Shown: positions 31,185 through 41,528, numbered from the stretch's first letter. The stretch: DNA of 64,000 nucleotides from an uncultured delta proteobacterium (GCA_963845145.1 CAWJQU010000002.1:256001-320000), one strand, 5' to 3'. Translations and numbers: made by a program. Notes: generated by a model from the sequence alone, not told the origin.

Positions 31185-32737
31185 ATCAACCGATGCAAGG
31201 CTGGGTGAAGACGGTCCATCTGCCAAAACCCTCCTTGTCCAATAATACGGCCGATGCGGATCGTCTCATTGACGTCCTGAAAGCGGAACTTCACGTGGAT
31301 CATATCGGCATGGATCTTGATCTCATGCAGCAGTTACCGGACCGGGTTCGAAAGGCCGATTACCACTTACACGTCATCCTCTTTAAAGACGGGCCGCACT
31401 GGCATCTCGTAAATATCATGCCAGGGGGTGATGCTTGCACCGCAGCCGGCATAGCCGTTGATTTGGGTACCAGCCGCGTGGTGCTACGGTTGGTGGATTT
31501 AGCGACTGGGAAAACGCTTGGTGAAAGCGCGGTGGACAACCCCCAAATCGCCATCGGACCCGATATATTAACCCGCGTCCATTATGCCGATAGTGCCGGC
31601 GGCCGTAAACGGTTACAACAACTCATCGTGGATACTATCAACACACGGATTGACGGCCTTTGCCGCCGCAACCGTTTGACTCCCACCGATGTTCATCTGG
31701 TCACCATCGCCGGCAACACGACCATGACCCATCTGTTTATGGGATTGGCACCGCGACACATCATTCGCGAGCCTTATATTCCGGCAGTCAACCGTCCCGG
31801 TGTGCACAAAACGAAAGATCTGGGGTTGTTGGCGCATACGAACGCACGCGCACTGATCTTTCCCAACATTGGCAGTTATTTCGGGGGAGATCTTATCGCC
31901 GGTATCCTTTTTTCCGGTCTTCACCAAAAAACCGAGACAGGCCTCCTGGTGGATGTGGGCACCAATGCCGAAGTCGTCGTGGGCAATGGCGACTGGTTGA
32001 TGGCGTGCGCCGGAGCCGCCGGCCCCGCACTTGAAGGCGGGGTCTCCCAAATGGGAATGATGGCCGGTCCGGGCGCCATCGATAGGATTCGTATCGACCC
32101 CGACACCGGCCAATGGAACCTGCGGACCATTGAGGAAAAACCGGCACGGGGTATTTGCGGATCGGGAATGATTGATCTGGCCGCTCAACTCTTTTTGACC
32201 GGCCGGTTAGATATTAGAGGAAAACTGGTTGATTCCATTTGTGCCGATCGCTATGGCGTCCATGACGGTATGGCCCGCTTGACGGTCGTTGAGGGTGCCA
32301 AATCCGCTACCGGCCAGCCGCTTACCATTGACCAGGCCGACATCGATAGCCTGATTCGTTCCAAAGCAGCCATGTACACCATTCTGGAAACCATCACCAG
32401 CCACGTGGGATTGACATTTGCCGATCTTGCCACGTTTTACGTGGCGGGCACATTTGGTGCCTTTATCGATCCGGCGTCGGCTATAGCCATTGGCATGATT
32501 CCCGACCTGCCCATTGCCAAATATCGTTCCCTGGGTAACAGCTCCCTGGAGGGGGCTACCATGGCGCTCACATCCATCGATGCCGTGGATACCATCGACC
32601 GGATTCGAAACCAGATCACTTATCTGGAGCTCAATGTCAATCAGGATTTTATGAACCGGTTTTCAGCAGCTAAGTTTCTGCCGCATACCGACCGTTCAAG
32701 ATTTCCGTCGGTAACAACTATCGAAACGAACCTCTAA
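31181..32737 (+). CDS. ASKHA-domain corrinoid reductive activator (RACo/AcsV/DUF4445-like), lacking the N-terminal 2Fe-2S domain
   Basis: AVDLGTS, NPQ...G.DI.TR, AGNTTM.HL, DVGTNAE, AGPALEG, GICGSG, YVAGTFG, FLPHT. Confidence 0.88.
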   Translation: MNQPMQGWVKTVHLPKPSLSNNTADADRLIDVLKAELHVDHIGMDLDLMQQLPDRVRKADYHLHVILFKDGPHWHLVNIMPGGDACTAAGIAVDLGTSRVVLRLVDLATGKTLGESAVDNPQIAIGPDILTRVHYADSAGGRKRLQQLIVDTINTRIDGLCRRNRLTPTDVHLVTIAGNTTMTHLFMGLAPRHIIREPYIPAVNRPGVHKTKDLGLLAHTNARALIFPNIGSYFGGDLIAGILFSGLHQKTETGLLVDVGTNAEVVVGNGDWLMACAGAAGPALEGGVSQMGMMAGPGAIDRIRIDPDTGQWNLRTIEEKPARGICGSGMIDLAAQLFLTGRLDIRGKLVDSICADRYGVHDGMARLTVVEGAKSATGQPLTIDQADIDSLIRSKAAMYTILETITSHVGLTFADLATFYVAGTFGAFIDPASAIAIGMIPDLPIAKYRSLGNSSLEGATMALTSIDAVDTIDRIRNQITYLELNVNQDFMNRFSAAKFLPHTDRSRFPSVTTIETNL

Positions 32738-32752
32738 GCAGGAGGCAAACGC

Positions 32753-33769
32753 ATGCGAGGTGCACAACTTTCCCGGCAATGGCAGATATTACGTCATCTT
32801 GAGGCCAACCGTAACGGTCTGACGGCGGCTCAAATTGCAGAGAGTACAGGTATCTCCTTGCGCACCGCTTACCGTGACCTGGATGATCTGGAAAAAGCCG
32901 GATTTCCGGTTTATTCTGAAAAAGATGGAAAAGGAAATCTCTGGCGCTTTTTAGAAACGTATCACTTCAACATCCCGCAACTTTTTTCCTATACCGAGCT
33001 CATGTCGCTTCACATGAGCCGCGATATGCTGGAGGTGTTTAAGGGAACCGTTTTTTTTGATTCCCTTGAATCTGCTTTTCAAAAAATCGAAGGATCGATT
33101 CCTGCCCAATTTTTAACCTACCTCGATCGAGTCCGTTCCACTTTCCAGGCAGGCATTAACCCTTATAAGGACTACCGCCGTTATCGTAAAATCATCGATA
33201 ATATCAATCAGGCCGCTCTCGAGCAAAAACGCCTTGAAATGCTGTACCTGCCATTGCGCAGTAAAAAGGAGACCCATCGCAAGATCGATCCTTACGGCAT
33301 TCGAATTTTTGAAGGGACCATTTACTTCATCGGATATTGTCATTTACGAAAAGATGTCCGCACCTTTGTAGTGGACAGGATCAGACTCTTGCGACTGACC
33401 GAGGAAACGTTCCAACGTCCCTCGGATTTTGATCTTGAGCAATACAGCCGCCATAGCTTTAAAGTTGTTCATGATAAGCTATACGTGGTCAAGATTCGTA
33501 TTTCGCCGGAATGGGCGCGATATGTTGGTGAAAAAACCTGGCACCAAAGTCAGCAAATGCGTAAAAATGCCGACAGATCGTTGGAATTGACGTTTCGGGT
33601 AGCGGGTCTGACTGAAATCAAACAGTGGGCCCTGAGTTGGGGGCCCGAAGCCGAGGTAATCGCTCCGGAGCGCTTGAAAGAAGCGGTCAAACAAGATTTG
33701 AGGAAGGCCCTACTCTCTTATATGGAGGCAGGAAGGTCGTCGCGATCGACCGGTGCCAAAAAAAAATAA
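32753..33769 (+). CDS. wHTH-WYL-WCX transcriptional regulator (PafBC/YafY-like)
   Basis: RTAYRDL..L...GFP, IDPY, YFIGYCHLRKDVRTF..DRI, W.LSWG..AEV..P. Confidence 0.92.
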   Translation: MRGAQLSRQWQILRHLEANRNGLTAAQIAESTGISLRTAYRDLDDLEKAGFPVYSEKDGKGNLWRFLETYHFNIPQLFSYTELMSLHMSRDMLEVFKGTVFFDSLESAFQKIEGSIPAQFLTYLDRVRSTFQAGINPYKDYRRYRKIIDNINQAALEQKRLEMLYLPLRSKKETHRKIDPYGIRIFEGTIYFIGYCHLRKDVRTFVVDRIRLLRLTEETFQRPSDFDLEQYSRHSFKVVHDKLYVVKIRISPEWARYVGEKTWHQSQQMRKNADRSLELTFRVAGLTEIKQWALSWGPEAEVIAPERLKEAVKQDLRKALLSYMEAGRSSRSTGAKKK

Positions 33770-34017
33770 AGGCCGGTGGAGTGCAGGGCAATTGCAAGTA
33801 AAATCAATTTTGAATGATTTTGATTGATTAATTATCATTCCAAGCAGCCTTAAGCTGTTTAGACTGAATGCCGCTATTGAAGCGTTTTTGTTTTTAAAAG
33901 GTTAAGCGCAATATATTTGAGTACGGCCAGTTTCTTTAGGGTATGATCTTTTTTGAATCGTCATTGATTTTTTATCCATTTCGAGACCGCCCGAAATCCC
34001 ATAATGGATGTGTTTAT

Positions 34018-34079
34018 GTAGGGGCAATCCCTTGTGGTTGCCCGGTGGCATGATCGCCAGACACCCACAAAGGGCATAC
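34018..34079. repeat. REP-like palindromic element (GTAG-type)
   Basis: GTAGGGGCAA...TTGCCC hairpin followed by a degenerate inverted partner (CCCTTGTGG / CCACAAAGGG). Confidence 0.4.
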
Positions 34080-34210
34080 GGTTTTTTCAAAGAATGTCCT
34101 AAGAGTCTTAACAGAGGCCAATGGAAAACCGATTTGAATGGGCCTCCTCAGGCTTTTCGACATTACGACAGCACCGTCGTCATAAAAATGCATCATATTT
34201 CGAACATTGT

Positions 34211-35050
34211 TTATGAAAGCTTGGTTGCATCTTCCAGCACGACTTCTAACTTGGCAATATCAATTTCGGATAAACCCAGCACGTCGGCTTCGGTTGTAGC
34301 GGTCAAGAGCGTATCGGATTCAGTATGCATGCCCATACCGGCTTTATTACAAGCCATATTCGCCAAGCGAACCAGAATAAGCAGATGCCTTTTTTTGTCG
34401 AAGGCCTCCTCGTGGTGATCTTTGGCAATGTCACAATATTTATCTGGTAGATTCCAGGACTTCATCAGCGAATGGCCCTGGTCGGTGTGCAAGCTCGCCA
34501 TCACTTCATTCAACAACGGCTCCGAAAGCAGATGGTCAATGACTCTTTTTTTCCGAATATCTTCAATAACGGAGAGAAGAAAAAGCTTCCCGATATCATG
34601 CAACAATCCGGCGAAAAAAGCTTCCCCGGCCAGATCATGGAACGAGCAGTGCTTAGCCAACCAATTCGACCCGATAGCACAACCCACGGAATGTTGCCAC
34701 AAACGCTCCATAGTATCACTGATAAAATGGTCTTCAGATTTAAAATTATCCTTTTGACTGACAAGCATGACGATATCGGCAACCTGCTTATACCCGATTC
34801 GAACAATGGCCTGCTTGATGGTTGTGATCTGATCCAGTCCCTTATAAAAAGCGGAGTTGGCAATTTTTAACACCTCTCCAGTAAGGGACTGATCGCTAAT
34901 GATCGTTTTTTCAATTTTGCCCATATCCGGATCTTCTTTCATTGTTTCCTGCCGGATTTTATGTGCTGTTTGATTAAAAACGGGTAATCGTGTTTTTCCG
35001 GAAGCTAATTGCTCATTGATCAGCTCAATCAGAGAAAGACTTTCCGTCAT
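34211..35050 (-). CDS. HDOD domain protein
   Basis: LP.F, DQSL...VLKIANSAFY, TIKQAIVRIG, LWQHS, AGLLHDIGK, WNLP. Confidence 0.93.
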   Translation of the reverse strand: MTESLSLIELINEQLASGKTRLPVFNQTAHKIRQETMKEDPDMGKIEKTIISDQSLTGEVLKIANSAFYKGLDQITTIKQAIVRIGYKQVADIVMLVSQKDNFKSEDHFISDTMERLWQHSVGCAIGSNWLAKHCSFHDLAGEAFFAGLLHDIGKLFLLSVIEDIRKKRVIDHLLSEPLLNEVMASLHTDQGHSLMKSWNLPDKYCDIAKDHHEEAFDKKRHLLILVRLANMACNKAGMGMHTESDTLLTATTEADVLGLSEIDIAKLEVVLEDATKLS

Positions 35051-35052
35051 CG

Positions 35053-36930
35053 TTATCCTCCTAAAAGTCGTCGGATTTCACCCAAAGGTCTGGGCTTGTT
35101 GGTTCTGGGAAGACACCTTAACGCCTCTTCCAGGGTGGTCTCACCGTTGGCCGCCTTACAAATACCGTCTTCCAATAAAGTAACCAGGCCACTGGATTCA
35201 ATGCTGATATTGCGAATATCAAAGCTTGTTTTTTGATCGAGAAGCGCATCCCGTATCAACTCATCGAGAATCAGCAGTTCAAATATCCCGATCCTTCCCA
35301 TATAGCCGGTGTGCCGACAATGCGTACATCCTTTTCCTTTTAAAAACTTTCCACCCAGTAAATCCGCTGGTGTATAACCCAGGCGTTGAATCTCACCGGA
35401 ACTGGGTTGATGGGGTTCGGCACAATTGGGGCAAACTTTACGCAAAAGCCGCTGGGCAACGATACTGACAACCGTTGATGATACCAGAAACGCTTCGATG
35501 TCCATATTTAAAAGACGGATTAAGCCCCCGATACTATCCTCTGTATGAAAAGTCGTCAATACTTTATGCCCCGTGAGGGCGGACTGAACCGCTACTTCAG
35601 CAGAAAATTTATCTCTAATCTCGCCGATAACGATGATATCCGGATCCTGGCGGACAATATGCCTTAAAGACTCTTCAAATGTCAGGTTAATTTTCGGGTC
35701 AATCGAACATTGGGAAATCCCGTCAATAATATACTCAACAGGCTCCTCAGCGGTGATGATACTCGTCTCAGGATGGTTTAGATGGTTGATGCAACTATAG
35801 ACGGTAGTTGTTTTCCCTGATCCGGTGGGACCGGTTACGATTACCACACCGCTCGGAACCGAGAGTGCGTCATTGATAAAACGTTTTAACAACCGCTTAG
35901 GCATGCCGATATCAATCAGATTGCGCAGCGATCCCTGCCGCTGAAGCAATCGTAAGACAATTTTTTCGCCATAAACCGTGACATAAAAAGAAACCCGGCA
36001 ATCGATTTCTTCCCCCATCCACTTGAAAAACAGACGTCCCCCCTGATGTCTTCGCCGTTCGACAATATCCGCTTCACACATCACCTTGATTCGGTTGGTC
36101 AAGGTAGGGATAATTTCTAAAGGATACTCTTTGTACAATCCCAAAACGCCATCCCGACGAAAACGCACCCGCAGTTTTTCTTTCATGGGCTCAATATGGA
36201 TATCGCTTACTTTTTCTTTTATCGCTGCGGTAATAATTGAATTGACAACCCCGATTATGGAGTCCTTATTCACAGATACGTGCTGATCCGATTGTCGACT
36301 ACGCATTCTGTCAATCGCTTTTCTAATCGATTGCAAGGGTGCAACCCCAATAGCGATGGCCTCACTAAAAATTTGACGAACGGTTTGTACAATTTGAGTG
36401 TCTTGCGGGTCCGAAAAGACCACCAGGATTTTATTATGCTCTCTTCGTATCGGAATAAAGGTGTTGGACGCGTACCATTTCGACGGCACCTGGCTAAAAA
36501 GACCGGGATCTATTTCAACCGATTCCAGATCTACCAATATACAACCTAGCTTTAAAGCAAGCGCGTCAAGAAGGGTTCGTTCGCCCAGGATATTTTGCTC
36601 AACCAGTATTTTACCGAGTTCTTTATTCCCCCCCTGCTCTTTTTGAATATTTATCGCTTTTTTTAAATCTTTTTCGCCTAGGTAACCCATCTCCAATAAA
36701 AAACGATCCATTCCCATCGCAACGGGATGGGCATGAACGGCATTTCTGATATCCTCCGCAGTCACAAATTCCAACTGTTTGGCGACCTCCGCCAAGGGTC
36801 GGGGAACTTCAAGTTTCGACTGCACACGTTTTGCATATTTAGCGTTTTCATTGGTCAAGCAGCCGGCCTTGATTAAGATGGATATAATTTCCCCGAATTG
36901 ATCCATTATTTCGTTATTATCCACTTTCAT
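35053..36930 (-). CDS. GspE/PilB-family secretion ATPase with MshEN-like N-terminus
   Basis: SDIHIEP, GPTGSGKTTT, EEPVE, RQDPD.I..GEIRD, TGH, CxxC..CxxC; N-terminal ELGKILVEQ-type repeats; RBS before 36930. Confidence 0.92.
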   Translation of the reverse strand: MKVDNNEIMDQFGEIISILIKAGCLTNENAKYAKRVQSKLEVPRPLAEVAKQLEFVTAEDIRNAVHAHPVAMGMDRFLLEMGYLGEKDLKKAINIQKEQGGNKELGKILVEQNILGERTLLDALALKLGCILVDLESVEIDPGLFSQVPSKWYASNTFIPIRREHNKILVVFSDPQDTQIVQTVRQIFSEAIAIGVAPLQSIRKAIDRMRSRQSDQHVSVNKDSIIGVVNSIITAAIKEKVSDIHIEPMKEKLRVRFRRDGVLGLYKEYPLEIIPTLTNRIKVMCEADIVERRRHQGGRLFFKWMGEEIDCRVSFYVTVYGEKIVLRLLQRQGSLRNLIDIGMPKRLLKRFINDALSVPSGVVIVTGPTGSGKTTTVYSCINHLNHPETSIITAEEPVEYIIDGISQCSIDPKINLTFEESLRHIVRQDPDIIVIGEIRDKFSAEVAVQSALTGHKVLTTFHTEDSIGGLIRLLNMDIEAFLVSSTVVSIVAQRLLRKVCPNCAEPHQPSSGEIQRLGYTPADLLGGKFLKGKGCTHCRHTGYMGRIGIFELLILDELIRDALLDQKTSFDIRNISIESSGLVTLLEDGICKAANGETTLEEALRCLPRTNKPRPLGEIRRLLGG

Positions 36931-37064
36931 CTTTTCTCCAGGTTTCAAAGGAAATATGGGGCTTATCATTTACAAAATCGCATGAGATCATCTTTTTTGG
37001 TGTCTAGTTCACGGGCCTATCATTTGCCTATTAGCTTTGGCATTCTACTTAACGGCAATGCAAA

Positions 37065-39128
37065 TCATTGCGGTACAACGAAGTAAAAACGGCTGCCTTT
37101 TCCCTCTCCATCACTATCAGCCCAAATTCTACCCCCATGTAGCTCTACCAATTTTTTTGAGAGCGATAGCCCAAGACCCGTTCCGATTGTTTTTCGATTG
37201 GTGGTGTTGTCTACCTGCTCGAAAGGTTCAAATATCCGGTCCAGTTCTTCCGGCTTAATACCAATACCCGAATCTGAAATCGTAAATTTAAGAAATGGGG
37301 AAGTACTTCCCTGGCTTAAATCATCTTTACCTGTTTGCATTAGTTTTGTTTCAGATAAATTAGATTCCCCCAAGAGCGCCACCTGCCCGTTTGGGGGCGT
37401 AAATTTTACGGCGTTGGACAATAAATTATACATTATCTGTTTGATTTTACGTTCATCAAGAACGCCCCGTTTTGGCAAATTTCCAGCGTCAAAGGTCAAA
37501 CGGATGCCTTTTTTCGCCGCCTGAGCCTTGACCATGTTAACACTGTTTTTAAGTATCGAAAAAAGGACAACTTGTTCCGGTTTCAACTCAAGTTTACCAG
37601 CCTCTACTTTCGATAAATCTAAAATATCGCTCACAAGTACCAACAGGTGTCCACTACTGGTGAGGACATCGTTCAAGTACTCTTTTTGAGTATGGTTGAG
37701 TTCTCCATAATGTCCATCTACTACCAGTTCCGTGAAGCCAATAATATGATTCAATGGGGTACGCAGTTCGTGGCTCATATTGGCTAAAAAAACACTTTTG
37801 GAACGATTGGCATCTTCGGCTTCGCGTTTAGCTTTTTCCAGTTCCATCGTTCTATCGGCAATCCGCTCTTCAAGTTCATCATGCGCCCTCTGCAATGCCA
37901 ACTGGGCCCGTTGACGTTCAACAAACAATTGATCTAGTTCCGCTTTTATCAGGGAAACGGCATCATAGACAGGTCCAAGCGGATTAGAGGGCAATATCTT
38001 TGGCAAGCGTGATTCATTTACTCTGTTCTCCCAATCAATTTGACCGATATGATAAAGGAGTTGTTCGATATCCTTCGGCAAAATCGCTCGGTCCAGCTGC
38101 AAATCGGATTCGGCTGAAGGCAAAGATTTGAATCCTCGTTTTAAAGCATCAACGGCCGCATTTAAATCACGGTGAACATATAACCTGAAAGAAACACTCG
38201 GACGCGCCAACTGTATCGCCACATTCAGCAGGCGGCTGCCGCCGTAAAACGCAACCCCATGAAAAGGAAACTGTTTGTGTAAGGCTTTAATATGACGCAT
38301 ATATTCCTTACGGGTATGAACACTCGCGTTGTGAATTTGGTCAATACCGAATAAAAATCCGTACTGTTCGAAAGGCCCTCCCAGATCGTTGAAAATCTGA
38401 CGATTGACTATAAACATATCCGGCAAATACTTGGGGCGCAGGTTACCTTTCGATATGGCATGGATTATATGATTATCAATCAATTCATACCGAACTTGCC
38501 ACCCATCACGTTCAAAACGCCAACCGATATTCCCGCCGCAAGTTTGTGGTTTATTACATGCGGGTGTCGCAGACGTAGCCCCATTTTTCGTAAGTATGCT
38601 CATAGAAGGGGTGAGGTTGTTTGACGTAACGCCCGCGCGCTGTAGAATATGGTCCGCTTTTTCCACTGCATCGGCGTAATTTTTAGCAATCACGATGGGA
38701 AAGGTCGTGTAATTTAATTTTTGACCCAGCTTAATGCTCAATTTCAATAGCGGGCTGATACCGAAAAAGACAACCCCTCGTAGCCTGTTTCTGCTCATCA
38801 AATATTTGATATAATATCGGCGCGCCGAAAGGCTCACCGTTTTTAATTGGGAGTAATCCTGGATTTGGACATAGATACCATCGGGTGCGATGGCTTCATC
38901 GATCACGGCTTTATTCTGATCCAAGGCCGGCTTAACCGCCGCCAATGTTGCGTCACCCGATAGTTGGGACACAACCACACCATTTCCGACTATGCTAAAA
39001 TTGACGCAATAATTTCGGCCAAAAGAAACGTCCTTCCATTCCGGCTTTTGTAAAATAGGAAGGCCGGTATTTAGAGAAGCGACCTTTTTATTATGATCCT
39101 TAGTATCTATGAATGAGTCAATGGTCAT
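37065..39128 (-). CDS. Soluble histidine kinase with tandem STAS/SpoIIAA-like N-terminal domains
   Basis: H-box [33 protein letters not shown]; no TM and no receiver domain. Confidence 0.88.
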   Translation of the reverse strand: MTIDSFIDTKDHNKKVASLNTGLPILQKPEWKDVSFGRNYCVNFSIVGNGVVVSQLSGDATLAAVKPALDQNKAVIDEAIAPDGIYVQIQDYSQLKTVSLSARRYYIKYLMSRNRLRGVVFFGISPLLKLSIKLGQKLNYTTFPIVIAKNYADAVEKADHILQRAGVTSNNLTPSMSILTKNGATSATPACNKPQTCGGNIGWRFERDGWQVRYELIDNHIIHAISKGNLRPKYLPDMFIVNRQIFNDLGGPFEQYGFLFGIDQIHNASVHTRKEYMRHIKALHKQFPFHGVAFYGGSRLLNVAIQLARPSVSFRLYVHRDLNAAVDALKRGFKSLPSAESDLQLDRAILPKDIEQLLYHIGQIDWENRVNESRLPKILPSNPLGPVYDAVSLIKAELDQLFVERQRAQLALQRAHDELEERIADRTMELEKAKREAEDANRSKSVFLANMSHELRTPLNHIIGFTELVVDGHYGELNHTQKEYLNDVLTSSGHLLVLVSDILDLSKVEAGKLELKPEQVVLFSILKNSVNMVKAQAAKKGIRLTFDAGNLPKRGVLDERKIKQIMYNLLSNAVKFTPPNGQVALLGESNLSETKLMQTGKDDLSQGSTSPFLKFTISDSGIGIKPEELDRIFEPFEQVDNTTNRKTIGTGLGLSLSKKLVELHGGRIWADSDGEGKGSRFYFVVPQ

Positions 39129-39142
39129 TTAGATCAGCCGCC

Positions 39143-41170
39143 TCAATGTCCTCGAGATTTCGTATCAATTGGAAACATAAAGGTAAATCGACACCCAAGT
39201 CCCTCACCATCACTTTCCGCCCAAATTCGTCCACGATGAAGCTCAATAAGTTCTCTCGACAAAGAGAGCCCGAGGCCTGTACCTTGAAATTTTCGACTGC
39301 GAGTATTTTCGACTTGTTCAAAGGGTTTGAAGATAGCTTCCAAATATTCTTTTCCAATACCAATGCCGGTATCCGATACTACAACCTTTAGATAATTACC
39401 GGAGACGAATTTCCTTTTCCGGCCGCTGAATGAGAACGATATTTTTCTGCCATCCTTCAATTTTAGTTGAGGTTCGTCTATTATAGACACCATCGCCGAC
39501 AAAGAGACCTCCCCGCCATTGGATGTAAATTTTACTGCGTTTGACAACAAATTATAGACCACTTGCCTGATTTTACGTTCATCGGCACAAATCGTCTCTG
39601 TAAGGTTTTCAAATGTAGTTTGTATGCGGATATTTTCCTTCATGGCTTTTTCTTTAATCATGGTAAGGCTGTTTTCCAGTAGTGGTTGCACATGTAAATC
39701 CCGTAATTCTAAACCCATTTTACCGGCCTCGACTTTGGACAGATCTAAAATATCGTTTATTAAGGAGAGAAGGTGCCGACTGCTCGTCAGTGCATCGGTC
39801 AGATATTCCACTTGCGTAGGATTCAAATCTCCAAAATTTTTATCCGCCACCAATTCCGTAAAACCAATGATATGGTTCAACGGTGTTCTTAATTCATGGC
39901 TCATATTGGCCAAAAACTCGCTTTTGGCCTGGTTTGAGGCTTCAGCAATGACTTTTGCTTGATAAAAATGTTCGGCTTTTTTACGCTCGCTAATATCACG
40001 GGTAACACCTAAGAGCCCTATGGGCTTCCCTACGTCATCGCGCATGAAAGACGTTGTTACCTCGGCCCAGGCCTTGGAACCATCTTTGCAAAATTGCTGA
40101 ATTTCAATGGTTCGGGATCGATGGGGGTCAACTTTGGGATCATCCTCGGCGGCAAGTTCCTCGGTAAGAACACCGAAAACATGTTCCAGCGACTCCGGGG
40201 TGAGTGTTTCTTCGATACTCAGTTTAATAGCCTCCTCGGCCGTAAACCCCCGCATTTTAAAAACCGATGGACTGATGTAGGTAAACCGCAGGGTTTTTAA
40301 ATCGATTGTCCAGATTGTGTCGGTCACATTATCCGCTAAAAGGCGATAGCGATGCTCTGATGTTTCCAGTTCGGATGTGTACGCCTCCAATTGGGATTTT
40401 GAATGGCTCAGATCGCGGTTGGCATCTTCCAGGTTTGCGGCCATCCGGCTGACCTCATCGTGTTTTTCCTGGATTAACCGATTGGCCTTCTGAAGTTCGA
40501 AAATCGCTTCACGGTAAATCCGATATCGACCGAGTAGCCTTTTTAAAAGGGCGGGGCGGGTTTTGGTGCTCCAGGTGACGCGATAAAGGCACCCCGGACA
40601 CCCATATGAGGGGCGGTCCGGCCATTGACGCGTACCGTAAGCCTCAGGGAAAACCTGGCATTCGACCTCCTCGATCGTCGCCGGGGGCATATCGAACAAC
40701 GTGGGCACTGCGGATAAAACGCCACGGGTATAATCGCAATCAAAACGGGTTTTTTTATAGCTGTAGTGATACCGGTCTTCGATGACCGCCCAAGAGCGTC
40801 CGATCTTCCGAATAAACACATCGCTATTGGCTTTTAAAAACGTATTGTATTTTGCCGCCAGTGAGTAAACCAGTCGAGGATTTGCGATCAAGCGAACAAT
40901 CTGATCCAAAAGACCGAGGGAATTTAATCGGGCCGAGGCGAAAGCCATTTTGTAAACAGCATTGGGATCTTCCACCAGATCGACCATACGGTGGTACAGG
41001 ATCTGTAAAAATGAATGGGAAACCCAATTATTGGTGTCGGAGAGATAATTTTCGTCGAGATTCAGTCCATCGAGCAGCGTACCAAGCGACCCGCGATTAA
41101 CCTCACGTACATACCTCAACAACGTAAATGTAACTCGGCAGCTAATATCCTTTTTATTCGCTAATTCCAT
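39143..41170 (-). CDS. Soluble PAS histidine kinase with a V4R/H-NOX-like N-terminal domain
   Basis: N-terminal DCDYTRG.L...P..F...EEVEC...GC.Y.VTW; PAS YISPS..KMRGF...KDG; H-box [13 protein letters not shown]. Confidence 0.88.
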   Translation of the reverse strand: MELANKKDISCRVTFTLLRYVREVNRGSLGTLLDGLNLDENYLSDTNNWVSHSFLQILYHRMVDLVEDPNAVYKMAFASARLNSLGLLDQIVRLIANPRLVYSLAAKYNTFLKANSDVFIRKIGRSWAVIEDRYHYSYKKTRFDCDYTRGVLSAVPTLFDMPPATIEEVECQVFPEAYGTRQWPDRPSYGCPGCLYRVTWSTKTRPALLKRLLGRYRIYREAIFELQKANRLIQEKHDEVSRMAANLEDANRDLSHSKSQLEAYTSELETSEHRYRLLADNVTDTIWTIDLKTLRFTYISPSVFKMRGFTAEEAIKLSIEETLTPESLEHVFGVLTEELAAEDDPKVDPHRSRTIEIQQFCKDGSKAWAEVTTSFMRDDVGKPIGLLGVTRDISERKKAEHFYQAKVIAEASNQAKSEFLANMSHELRTPLNHIIGFTELVADKNFGDLNPTQVEYLTDALTSSRHLLSLINDILDLSKVEAGKMGLELRDLHVQPLLENSLTMIKEKAMKENIRIQTTFENLTETICADERKIRQVVYNLLSNAVKFTSNGGEVSLSAMVSIIDEPQLKLKDGRKISFSFSGRKRKFVSGNYLKVVVSDTGIGIGKEYLEAIFKPFEQVENTRSRKFQGTGLGLSLSRELIELHRGRIWAESDGEGLGCRFTFMFPIDTKSRGH

Positions 41171-41436
41171 TATTTGCTCATCGCCAAATATCGCCCTGGG
41201 AACTATCCATCGTATCAAAGCCAAAATATAGCGACTTATGGCACTTTACAAAATATCCAATTCCCATGGAAATTACACTTCCGTGGTCAATAGCCCTTAA
41301 ATAATAATAAAGGCATGCAATTCGAGTATATAATCGGATTTACTTTGCAAGAATTACACCATTTCTTTTAGGCAAACGAAAACCTTTTTACCTTATCGAA
41401 CGATTTTTAATAATATTTCTACGGGCCGGCCACTTA

Positions 41437-41496
41437 TTGGCAATCCATGCTTTGGCAATCCATGCTTTGGCAAACCCGTCTTTGGTAAACCTGGCG
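41437..41496 (+). repeat. Four tandem 15-bp degenerate repeats (TTGGCAATCCATGCT)
   Basis: TTGGCAATCCATGCT x2, TTGGCAAACCCGTCT, TTGGTAAACCTGGCG, abutting TTGACA at 41497. Confidence 0.8.
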
Positions 41497-41528
41497 TTGA
41501 CAGTTTTTGCCACAATGTGGCATATAAG
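41497..41528 (+). promoter_or_regulatory. Promoter of tlpA-dsbB-dsbA with a palindromic operator in a long spacer
   Basis: TTGACA-N20-TATAAG; TGCCACA-A-TGTGGCA at 41508-41522. Confidence 0.45.

Noticed and set aside
41346..41361. Minus-strand GG-N10-GC (TGGTGTAATTCTTGCA) upstream of the PAS kinase
   Set aside because: The -24 element deviates from TGGCAC and could be a chance match.
41437..41496. Tandem repeats as a CRISPR array
   Set aside because: The units are 15 bp with no spacers, and no cas genes are present.
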